The position numbers and the translations under genes were made by a program. The notes beneath the pieces are model-generated. The model made no database searches, was not told where the DNA came from, and saw nothing but the letters and a program-made list of their open reading frames with translations. This document shows, piece by piece, positions 52,516-64,000 of a stretch of 64,000 nucleotides of DNA. Numbering within the stretch: the first letter of the stretch is position 1; each line of letters opens with the position of its first letter. The DNA comes from Lobosporangium transversale (Eukaryota): positions 310,001 through 374,000 of the forward strand of contig NW_019029010.1 in assembly GCF_002105155.1 (NCBI RefSeq), read 5' to 3'.

Positions 52516-54111
52516 TCATAGTTCAATATTTTTTAGAAACTCCTTTGAAATTGGCCAGACCAATTTGCCCCCTAAGCTAATAGAGTACTTCTCAAAAGCC
52601 TGCAAAAGGCCCCAGCCATCCAGAGTTTCCAAATCTTTTGGATTGGCCTTGGCGGAGCCATTCATAATCCTAGGTGCCTTGAGCTGAGGTGTCATCAACA
52701 ATACTGTCTTGCACCGTGCTCTCGATAATGCTACGATCCATCGATGAACCGAATAGAGGTAGCTCAGTTCGTTTACCAATGTGAAATCATCAAACAATAC
52801 AAAACACACAACTACTAAATCAGCCTCTTGTCCTTGCATCTTTTCTATCGTATCGATTTTGATCATTGCATGGGGATATTTAGCCTCCAATGCTGGAAGC
52901 TTGACTCGGTGGAGAATGGCCAACCTCTGAATATGATGTGGGACTGCGACAAAAAGGCTGGTAGCAGTATCTGGACCAACCATCTCAAGGTAACATTCTA
53001 TAATGCCTGTAACGAATGTCGCCTCTACAACTGCGGTAGCTCGACTGTCGTTGGCCACCTTGATAATTTCTGGACACTGATGGTCATTCTCTAGCTGAAG
53101 CTCGATACATACAGCAGAATGATTAGGATCAAGAATACAACGGATCTCGGTAGGATATGATAAACCACGGAAACTACTGCTGTAAGGAAGTGTTCTTTTG
53201 GGGTTCTGGACATGATAATTGGGGCCATAGATGCTCTTCATAAAGGAGCCTAATTGATTATTCTGGATAATAGTGAAAAAAAAAAAAAAAAAAAAAAAAA
53301 ATTAGTAAGAAATAATAAAAAGGGGGTTTTTTTTCTTGTATGTGTGTACTATATTTGGGTAATGTTACCATGCGGAAGTTTTCCTGAAGTTGCGAGGTGC
53401 AGGGTCCGATATCCATGACCATAGCATCCTCGACCCACTGGAGTGATACGGGTGTATTATTCGTCTTACGCATTAGGTTCTTCATGATTGAGCCCGTGGG
53501 ATCGGGTACACGCTCAGACTCTGGATAGTCCCCGACGATCACAGGCCCTAACTGTAAATGATCGCCTGCAACAATCAATCGACCATATTTCGGATCAAGG
53601 CATTCAATCACATGGATTGAGTCTGCTGCTAACAGTTGACTGCCCTCATCAATAATCACCATTTGAACATTTCTCATATAGTCGCCGCCAGTCTTGGGGT
53701 GGGCGGCTCGACGCACCTGCCACACTGTACCACAGACCACACGGATGATGTCCTTATTGCTATTATCTTCTGACCGCGCTTGGAGCTTTACAAGATCCTG
53801 TGGTTCAACCACACGAGCGCCCTCGATATCCAAAGTTGAGGGATCCCCGAGACGATAGAGGCTTAAAGGGCGAACGATATCTTCAAATCCCACATGGGGC
53901 GCGATTTGATTATGCAATTTGGCTACACGCTCTACTATGTTGTCGATGGCACTGTGTGTAAATGCTGTCAAGACAATAGTCTGCGGTCCTTGTCCTTTCC
54001 CCTTGCTGGCTAGGCTGCGCAAGATGTCAATGAATCTCAGGACAGTAAGCGCTAAAAAATGCGTTTTTCCTGATCCCTATAGACATGGAAGACTTGCAGA
54101 GTCAGTTAATG

Positions 54112-54142
<31 letters not shown>

Positions 54143-57100
54143 TCATAACAATTTAGCTTTGAGCTTACAGGAGGTCCCCAGATGATCTGCAGGCGATTAT
54201 TAATGACTTTAGAGAATGCCTGCTCCTGTGATAGCGTCATATCGTATTGTCGAGCACCATTCGTAATGGATTCTATAAATACGTCTCCCCTTCGGTCTGG
54301 GCGTTGCAAGCCCCACTTATTCGGATCATCCATAAGTTCCTACATATATAGGATTTTGCAATATTAATGGACAAAGCACCTTAGTTAGAACTTGCCTCCT
54401 TCCTCCAAAAAATAAAAACAAAAAAAAGTACTATCAGAAACTATTGCTTTACTGCTTATACTGCTTACCATAAACAACCGACAGTTTCCATCCATCTCCA
54501 CCAGTTTGTCCATTGAGACCGCTAATGTCGGACTAAACTCACGACGCTCCAGCAAGTAGTGCTCACCTTCAGTTAATGCGAGGATTTCAGTCATGTTTTT
54601 GAAAGTTCCACCAATATATATAGTGCCAGAATTTGTATCGTAATGATTAATTGATACAATAGAAGGCGAACCCATGCCATATGCGCGTAGGTACGCACAA
54701 AGGTCGTCAAATCGTAATCGATTTTTGAGGCCCTGCAAAAGTAGAGCAAAAAAAAAAAAAGGGGGGGTCTAAATAACCTAAAAAAACGCCATAGCAGAGA
54801 ACGAAGTAGCATGAACCGGCAAGTTGACATTAAAAGCGAAAGCAATCTTTGTAACATAGCATACAGAGTCACAATCAGGGCTCAGGATCCAGTTCTTGAA
54901 GGTCGAAGCGATTAACGCGCCAGGATCAATCCGACTAGTAATCTCAAACTTCCCAATGTATTCCGAAAACGGACTGTCAGAGGGTGTTCTGGTGACACGT
55001 GTACCCTTTCCTTGTTCTGCGCCAGGAAATGGACCGACATGTCGTCCAAGGAACCTGCAACGGAATAAAAACTGGCGTTGCATAGCCTCAAATCTTGACA
55101 AGCTTGCCCGTGTTGCACGTCTCTTTCCACAAACCATGATTGCTTCCCATTGCTGAAAGAACGCAAACTGCGCCAGGATATGATGCTGAAAGTTAAAATG
55201 ACTCCGCATCTTGAATGGTGCCTGTGGAGCCATCATTTGTGATTGAAAATCACTCAGTTCGTGTCTGAGCAAACCATATAGTCCAATAAGAATAAGATTT
55301 TGCTGCTCAGTCCACTTTCCAAGTATTTTTTTTACTAAAAAAAAAAAGGATAGAAGACAGATTTTTTTTTTTTTTTATCAGGCCAAGTACCCATTTGTGG
55401 CAAATAGGAATGCACAAAGTCTTCCTTACTATCATCCTCATTTGCGCCGCTAGTCCAACGTTCAAAAATGGAATTTAGGTTGTAACCGTCATCATCCCGA
55501 TCCCGTTCATTGATGAGAGCCGGAATTCTGACATCAACCAACTTTGTCATGATATCTTTAAATGAATAGGGTCCAAGCACTGGAAGCACAACTAATTTCT
55601 GTACAGCCTTTTCAATCATAAATAGCCGTTTGTCATATTTCAGATTCTGATTCTTAAACCCTTGAGTCAATTGAAGCAGGTCTGGCAACTTGATATTGGC
55701 ATTCCCAGTGAACTCTGACAGTGTCAAGAAACTAGAATCCTCGTACAGATTGCAAAGAAGATCCATGGAACGATTCTTTGTCACAGATGACCACTCATGA
55801 TCTTGCCTTTGATGTTGTTGCGATGTCGAGGCAGTTAAAACTTTAAGCAACAACTTTTGAAGATCTGATTGCATAGCCTGGTTATAAAAAAATATAGAAA
55901 GAACAGGCGGTCTTGGTTGGATCTCTGATATTTGTACGAGCCACTCATAAAGGGTATCGATCAATTCTTGAGCTAGTCTAATATGACTTGATAATCGAGT
56001 CGAGCTATCCAGGGAGGAATAAGTGACTGCATTCGCATAGGATCGAGAAGGACGGATGCTCTGCTCCTTGAACATTTCTAGAGAATAAGCGAATGGCATT
56101 TGAGTTAAATGATCTGTCAGGATGGTGATAAGAAGCCGATTCTGGTAGTTTTGGGGTAGGTCCATCGTGCTCGTATTAAATACCTATTCACAAGAATAAA
56201 AAAAAAGAGAGAGAAACGTAGGAACATTAGATTATCCTACACATTTGAATAGGTACGCTCTACAGAAGAAGCAGTGCACTTACTCGCAATTTGCCCTGTC
56301 GATGCACGGTCAGTAACACACTCTCGCCCTTGTCATCTTCATGTAGTATTTTAGAGAGCGAGGATCGGTCAGCTTCTGAAAGAGAGGCTCTGTTCCGGAA
56401 CAGGTCTTCAATATCATCAATGTCCGTTTTATGAGCTGCATTCGTCTTGAAAAGCGATTTTATCCATATAGCAGACTTCTTAGATAACAATGGGATGACG
56501 GACAGTGTTTGCTGTTCTACTGCATCCAACTCGCAGCCAGGAAGGAACTCACATTGCAGACAAGGGCTATCGATATGCCATACTGCTGACCGGAGCGGTT
56601 TCATAAGGATCTCTGGCAGCTCCTTGTAGATAAAATTCTCAACAATGGGGCGCATAAATGTCAATGAAAATGTCCTGGGTTCATCATGAGAAGGAATCCA
56701 AACACCACCCCGAGGATCAATCTCGACTATGTCCTCTTGCTTATGGAGTTTGATGAGGTGGTCAAGGAAAATCGAATAAAGTGTCACTTGAAACTGGTGA
56801 CTAATCTTGACATGTGAAGATGACTTTGCATCAATGATGAAGAGTCTTCTCTTTCGTTCACTTTTACCATCATTACTACTGGAGACCGGTGTTCCTGGCA
56901 GGATCCGGATAAAATCGGGGATGAAGCGACCAAAAACAATTCCAGCCTGCTTCATCTTCTTAGTATAATATCCCTCATCAAGGGAAAATATTGGTTGACA
57001 GAGCGTTGTCCCAATTGGGGTTGTGGCTAAGCGAAAGAACGAATCCTTATCGTTTTCGGCGCCACAGTCGATTTTATCTTTGATGTTCCCCTGAAGACGG

Positions 57101-57792
57101 CTTTCAAAAAAAATACCTCGCTCCATGTTAGCCTCTGACACCGCACTAGGACCCTCCGGAACATTATTGTCGTCAGTGGTTACTTCCTTTGATCGAGTGT
57201 TTTGAGCCTCTTTCAGCAATTGAGACCCTTTCAGATGAAGCATCTTTTCGCAGGCTGTATTGGCATGATGTGCGAGCACTGAAGGCGAGAATTTGTATTT
57301 AGCTTGTCTTTTAGCACCATCGTGTGCTGTCTGCATAGGAAGCTTTGACGTTGTCGCTTCTCTTTGCCTCAACACTGTCGCGTCTTGTACAGGTATAGTC
57401 TCGGATGCCTCATTGGCACGTGAACCAGGAACGGAAACAGATTGTGTGATGGTAGTGGATGACATCTTTTGGGTAAGAGCTTCTACCTCCTCTGTTGTAC
57501 CATATTCTGAACGCTGCTGTCTTTGATATCTGGGTTCTGTGGGTGATAGCAACAGGTCGGATGTCTCTCTATCAATTGCCTCCCATTCCACTGCCGATAT
57601 TTGCAACGATGAAAATGAAAAATCAAGACTAGAACGCACACTATTAGACTCTGAATCTTGGTCAGCAGCGATATCACTGGTAGCTGCCTTCCTATGGCTC
57701 TTCTGAGATAAATCCGGGATGTTGCTCGTGGACATGCCATCGCCAAGACTTGGGCATTCGATGAATTGGTTGGTCTCGTTGCTAAAGGACAT
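52516..57792 (-). CDS. ~1540-aa RecB/TM0106-type PD-(D/E)xK nuclease + RNase-H-like domain + SF1 (UPF1/DNA2-like) helicase; exons 57792-56284, 56183-55430, 55334-54865, 54732-54469, 54339-54169, 54076-53369, 53262-52516
   Basis: Exons total 4623 nt in frame. Nuclease motifs SPSVL..C, ERG..FE, FIPDFI, IIDAKSS, QFQVTLY, CLQCEFLPGC. Helicase motifs WGPP|GSGKT, TAFTHSAIDN, IIDEGSQ, GDHLQLGP, NFRM, TIEKMQGQEAD, VALSRAR. Confidence 0.88.
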
Positions 57793-57970
57793 GGTTATTT
57801 AGCTTTTCAGCAATTTGACTTTTAAAGAGTTCTTTCGTACAAAGTGGATGGAGACAAAGAGTTTCAAGTGAATGCTTGCATAATGAGAGGAGCATTCACT
57901 CGCCCATCTCGGACACGTCCATGCATGAATCGCATACGTGACAAACAATTTTATTTTGAAACGATTCCTT

Positions 57971-60900
57971 TTATGGATGAACAAGGAGATTTTGTGCATA
58001 GACTTGTGCATCATTGACAAACTCATATAACGCTTCTCTATATAAACTTCCATCCCCGAGGTTCATCAAATCCTTCCACAATGCTTCTTTAACCTCATCC
58101 GGAAAGGGTCTTGAGGCTCCGCCTGTCTGCGTCTGTGGTGAATGTGGTGAATGTGGAGTGGGTGAAACTGATAACGATGGTACAGACAAAGGAGATGCAG
58201 AGCCCGACATAAATGTCGATGTTGCTACTGGCATCACCTTCACTTGAGAAGGCTTCAAGGCTGCCACAAAGCGCTTCAAGTCAACATGCCATATAGTCAT
58301 AAATTTGTCCTCTGGATCTCGGTCGCCTTTTTTCACCAATTTGTGAATCAAGCCCGCAATATCCTCCAATAGCAGATCGTGTTCATGGCTCAGCGCCAAA
58401 CGAAGCAAAATTTGTAAAAATTCGAAACGATAGGCTGTTTGAAACTCAACTCGGTCAAAGAGATGACACAGGCTGTGATCTTGGAGTGCGCAAAGGATCT
58501 CAATCGACTGGCGAACAATATCAGGCTCTTGACGGTGGAGACCACGTGCGAGGTATTCCATACAACCCTGAAGCGTTTGAGATGCCTGAAGGTTATTGGT
58601 ACCATTGCTAGCGAAAAAGAACCGAGTGTGATGTGTAAGAAGGGTCTGGATTGTGGAAAAGAACACAGTAATCAGGTCATAGACACCATTATCGATGCTC
58701 GACTCCTGATTGACACGATTTGATCCCAGCCCTGTCGGATGTTGAGGCCCTTGCTGTTGTGCCTCGAAGAGTTTGGGTCCCAATTGCACAAATAAGAATT
58801 GAATGAAGCTTGGCAGTGACTGTGAAATTTCCTTTCCTGGTAATTCTAAAATGATCCTGAGTATCGAAACGGAGAGCTGAATCCTCTGGATAATCTTCCG
58901 TTGATGCAATACAAAGGATTGCTGATGGAGTGCCTGTTGTTGTGGATTTCCACTAGGGCTAATATGTTGCTGCGACGGAGTTGAAGATAGGGCATTCTCA
59001 AGCAGTGAAGGATTAGTAGATCGCTCCATGAGTACACGAGCAATCTCCATACATTGACTCATCCCAATCTGCCTGTAGAGGCTCCTGATTAACTCTCTAA
59101 AAAATTTTAGGATATTCATTGAAATATCTATAAAATTATCATGAAGTCAAAGCGTGAACTTGGTATTATATATCATTTGACTTGAAATAAGATGTATAAT
59201 AACAACAAATGCGCAGAGAAAAAAAAATATACATGTATATATAAAGAAGTAAAATCTTACCATGGTCGTCAATGTAAGCTTCAAAAAATTCTTGAATAAG
59301 AGGAAGAGCTGATTTCAACCCTTCATAGACTAGTGTCCGTGAAGCAACAGAGGCCTCGTTGACAGACTTGATCAGTGTACGCAAAATGGTCAGGCAGCGG
59401 TGGACACGGAACTTGACTACGATGTCATCCATGAAGAAGTATAGTTAAAGCTAATTAGCTAATATATCTAATTATGTACTTGTGATACGAATATATTTAA
59501 GGTGCCTATCATACCTTCGGGGTTGGACAGATGGTTTCCTTGAGAAGATCTCGCCTCTTGCAATATGCTCTGTAGCGGATACACAATAGGCGCAACCAAA
59601 GTCCCGAAAGCCTAATTTTTGCAATACGTGGTAATATATAGGTAAGGAAATAGAGAGAGAACAAAGAGATCCATCAACAACATACTCACAGGGACTCTGA
59701 AAATACTAGATAATCATTAAGGAACTAAAGGTTCAACTAGTGATCATTTACTTGTAGTGCTGCAGACTGCAACTCTGGCCCTGTCTTTGGATCCAATGTG
59801 ATAAAATTGCTCAAGGTAAGATACGCCAGCATAAATAATTCATCATCTGGCGTAATGTCTTTCCGATCTTGCTCTTCTTCCTCATCGGCCCTGTCGCTTC
59901 CTCCTCCCTTAAGCATGTCCTTTGAAGACGTGTTAAACTCTAAGCCCATAAAGCTACTGCAGTGCATCACATTCTGGCTCAAGCAAGATCCCATCCCACG
60001 CACAGATTCCAAGTCCCAAGGGAGGAGTTCACCGGTCGATAATAGATTGGAAGGTATTCTGACTTGGAGAGTAAGCATTTCTAGCGTCTTTACAGACGTC
60101 AAAAGCAGCTTACGATCCATGGTGGAACATGAAATTGTGGCAGGGCCCAAGAAAGCATTAACGGGGCCACTGCTAGATAAGGGGGCTGCCGATTGGGAAA
60201 GAGATCCAAGGGATGAAGTAGGAAGGAGGCGCTGGAAGAGTGAAGCGCAGAGATGAGCATATTCCTGGTATATCTCTCTCGCAATTGGGGTTCTTGTCTG
60301 GGTTTTATCGTTTGAGTCTGGAGCCATTTCTACCTTCCAGAGCTGATTTAGCCATGATGTAAGAGGAGAGAGGCAGTTAAATAACGCCAGCGTTCTATAA
60401 AAACCCCATACATGTTCCAAAAGATAGAAGAAGCATTAAATCTCGGATCCAGAGGAGATAGAAAAGATGCCATCAGGCCGGGAATGTCCCTGAAATCATC
60501 AAAATTCAATCTTACATTGTTCCTGTTAATTCCTCTTTGCCTTTTGCCGGTCCTGTCGTGTCTCCTGTTGTTGCTAAATAATAATCGATTGACATATTTG
60601 TCATCCTCACGAGGTGAATAACCAAATTGGATATGTAATCGCGACGATCTTCAAAGTTTCGATCAAAATTGTATGTCACCCTTGAAAGGATTCCGAGAGT
60701 TACAGGTAACTATATTGTATTATGGTACAGTCAATATCAAATATCGATGATCATGTAAGTATGAACCTAGTGTTGATGGCCCCAGCACACATATATCAGC
60801 ATCATCGGAGTACATACAGTCTTGCATTTGTCTATTTCTCGCCTTGAGTAAAGCTCGAGCTGTTGAGTGAGTAATGGGATCTAAAATAACATTATTAGAG

Positions 60901-63530
60901 ATAATGATGAAGATCATATCAAAGATATCAGTCAGGAAGGTCATGATTAAAATAATCATTAAATAAAATTCAAAGTTCTTTAGGGGAACTCCAATTCGGC
61001 GGAGCAAATCGTTTTTTTTTTTTTTTTTTTTTTTTGAAGGACATTTACCAGCATCTCAATGACTTCTTCAGTAAAAATTTCGGCAACAAGCCCTACAAAG
61101 CTTTCTACCAGATCTGTCAAATCATCCAGATCTTCTTCATCCTCAACTTCAAAGGTTGAAAAAGCATCCTCCGATTCCGTGGCACCCTTCATTTGATAAA
61201 ACCGTTCTACAAGAGCAGACATAAAATAAAATAATGGTCCCTGTAATCGACGGAGTCCATCTTGAGGAGGGATCGGGCGAGGTATATCCGACGCAGCATG
61301 GATCATGGAGTCCAGAAGTCCCTTCCATACATCCATGCATACTTTTAAATAATCTACTGAAACCTACATGGCGCAAATCATTAGGTCAAAAAAAAAAAAA
61401 AAAAGAACGGTTAACAAACCATTTTGGGCTATGTCCGAAGTGGAAGAGAGGGACATGTCATCCAAATCATAAAATATTTTCCTCCTTGTTTGATTACCTT
61501 CTCCAGAGTAAATCTTGCAAATGACATCAAAAAGTCTGCTTTCGACAGTCCCAACGCCTTTTCTGCCCGATCCAGATTTACCAAAGTACAAAATAATGAT
61601 AGGAAATGCATAAACATTTGTAGGTAACTGTCATGAATAAAAAAAAAATAAAAAAAAAAAAAAAAAAAAGACCAATAAAAGAGAAAGAATGAAATGCGCA
61701 ACCAGTATGTTAATTTCGATTATACATGATGATGAAGGATTGCAAAGAACCATAAAGGCCTCAAAATGATACACTACCTTTCATCAACATCATCAATGCC
61801 ATCCCCGACTTCATTGAAATATCGAATTAGATCTGCCATGACTCGCACAGCTCCTGTCATCGCCTCTTGGTTAGTGGCGAGGAATCCTGGTCGCGCCACC
61901 AAGCCGTTCAAGCAGCTAAGCGCAAGGATTCCCAGATCTACAGTCTTATTCTGATGAAGCGTAGTGAATTTCAATATTGCGGTAATAGATGCTGAAAAGG
62001 AGACCTGACGAGGATCCAATCCTGGACAGGTCAAAAGAGTTGTGAGGGCCTGTAATGCCAGCATACAACTCTTTCGTGAATAGGAATCCATCTTACTCCC
62101 ACTAATGAATGTTGTGCTGTCAACAGATCCACGTCTACCCGCAGCATTAATAGAACTCCTCCTCATGGCGATCTGGCCTAAATCACTGATAGACCCCACC
62201 CTTTGCCGTGTTTGAAGTATTGAAAATCCAGGGCCAGTAGAGGATTGCGTAAGGCTCAAATGCACTCCATTCTCATTAATGGGCCCTCCTAGAGCCTGAC
62301 CGAGAGATTTACGAAGCATGGTAGTTGGAGATTTCCCGTACGACTGAACTGGACTAACGTCTCCTCCTTGTAAACTCATCCCCATAGCTGAGCTGCTGGT
62401 GGATCCTGGAACAGTCCGTGACGATGTGAAGGAATTTTGAAATGAGCTGTTCATTTGCGTCAATGGCGAAGTCAGATAGGGACCTGCTGCGCTAGGTCTT
62501 CTAGAAGATGACATGCCCCAAAGAGAATGCTCTACAGGTGAAGGTGCTGGTGCCTCAGTTGAAAGTGGCATGATTAACATCTTGCTGTAACAAGTATCGA
62601 GATGCTGTACAATAAGATTTAGGAGATCAGGTGCATGTGCTTTAAACTGTTCCCACAGGTACCGCCTCTGCTGTGAAAGGGTCGAATGATGCCGATGTGA
62701 TTTACCCGACCCCAATGCAGGATATGTCCCAACAAACTCCTGGACTACAGCCTCTAACAATGTCCAGCCCAATAGTGAATGATTTTTGTTTTTACTTTGT
62801 AATAATCTATGGATATGAGGAAAGAGACCCTGGAATCGATCAGGCCAGTCTAGTAATGCGATGTCCGTGATGAGCTGAACTACCTTATTGAGTACAAATG
62901 GTGAAAAGCGTGGCGCACTGTTTATTGTTCCGGGGGCGGCCTCAGCACCGCCACCAGTCCCATCAGCTGATATGACATCTAGTCTCCATTCTGCTCCAAT
63001 CTCTGTTCCCAACGCTGATCCTGATCCTGATCCTGATCCTGGCCCTGTACCGGATCCAAAGTGTTGTTGCAGAAAGTCAAATAGGAACGACTGAATGACA
63101 CTTTTAAGCTCTTGGTCAAGTGAAGTCCATTCTTCTTGAATTCTTTTTTGATATTGTGAGGTGGCAAACCAAGCTAGATAATCGGATTGGGCGTTTGAAA
63201 GCATAAACTGACATTCGCCTAATGTCAACTGCCGCGCCTCCAATTGTGCCTCTATTTAGGCCGTGGATTAAACACGGCATGACCCAGACGAGCAACGCCA
63301 GGACAAAAACAATAATAAAAAGTGTCTCAATGGGTCAGTGCTTTTATTTGGCAGTTGCAAATAAATTTTTTTTACTTCCATCCAGGAACATGAATGTCAT
63401 TGCTGATCACGAAGAATGAAAGAGAAAAAAAAAAAAAAAAAAAAAAAAAAAAGGTACCAATAGTTCGCTTTCGCTCAGCAGAGGTGCCTGGGGCAAAGAA
63501 CTCGGTGAGCAAATGGTTAAGAGCGTCCAT
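57971..63530 (-). CDS. XPO6: Exportin-6 homolog (importin-beta superfamily HEAT-repeat protein), multi-exon; first exon 63530-63458
   Basis: MDALNHLLTEFFAPGTSAERKRTIEAQL, PFVLNKVVQLITDIALLDWP, YLQMFMHFLSLF, HDLLLEDIA and EFVNDAQVY correspond to segments I recall from metazoan XPO6. Confidence 0.8.
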
Positions 63531-64000
63531 GAGAGGTCCCTTTTGGATTTAATATTGTTTTAGTGCAAAGATCTTCCTTGGAGAAAGAGAATGAGGTGGA
63601 AAGGAATGAGAGAAATGGGTACACTGAGAAAGAGAGAAAGAGAGAAAGAAGAAAAGTTTGTCGCTCGAAATTGTGGAGACAACAATAGAAATAAAGGGTA
63701 GCAGTGGTAGTACGAAAGGAAAAAAAAAAAAGTGAGCAATTGTCGATGATCAAGTATGGTAAAAATAAGATAGAGGTGAAAGAGAGGACATCTCCTTGCT
63801 CATGAGGCATTGGGTGGAGTCAAGATTTTCTTTTTCCTTTTTTCTTTTATATTTTTACATTTCTAAAAGAGAGCAAAAAGAGATCAAAGAATCATCCATC
63901 ATCATACATCTGCTGGATAGTCAAGAATAAATGTAATAATCTCAAATGCAGGCGGGCAATCCTATATTTGTATTACAGCGCCATGTTCATGTTAAAAAAA

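Noticed and set aside
52516..57792. Calling the nuclease-helicase DNA2, UPF1 or SEN1
   Set aside because: It lacks Dna2-type GLKG.ID/ELKTG motifs, the Upf1 CH zinc domain and the Sen1 N-terminal domain, so I left the gene symbol blank.
59690..59696. Possible 7-nt micro-exon in XPO6 (TTTCAG|AGTCCCT|GTGAGT)
   Set aside because: The flanking exons already join in frame (SAALQ|AFGTLVAP); inclusion would shift the frame, so the sites look coincidental.

Overview
Gene-dense, intron-rich fungal DNA with long poly(A)/poly(T) tracts. Gene content and intron style suggest an early-diverging fungus, probably Mortierellaceae (inference). I support 19 protein-coding genes: a CE4 chitin deacetylase, UBC6, a DUF5522 protein, a secreted unknown protein, EPT1, URK1, VDAC/POR1, SFR1/MEI5, a small C2H2 protein, VPS34, KAR3, a disordered unknown protein, a GT31-like glycosyltransferase, an AIM19-like gene missing from the ORF track, two tandem kexins, a full-size ABCG transporter, a nuclease-helicase and an exportin-6 homolog. 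The strongest lead is an intact 7-exon, ~1540-aa gene with the bacterial TM0106/RecB-type architecture (Fe-S PD-(D/E)xK nuclease, degenerate RNase-H-like domain, SF1 helicase), lying only 178 bp downstream of the exportin-6 homolog. Other leads are a tail-less kexin paralog and two GC-AG introns in the head-to-head VPS34/KAR3 pair. I saw no tRNA, rRNA, CRISPR array or intact transposon. All family assignments come from motifs recognised by eye; no database search was run.
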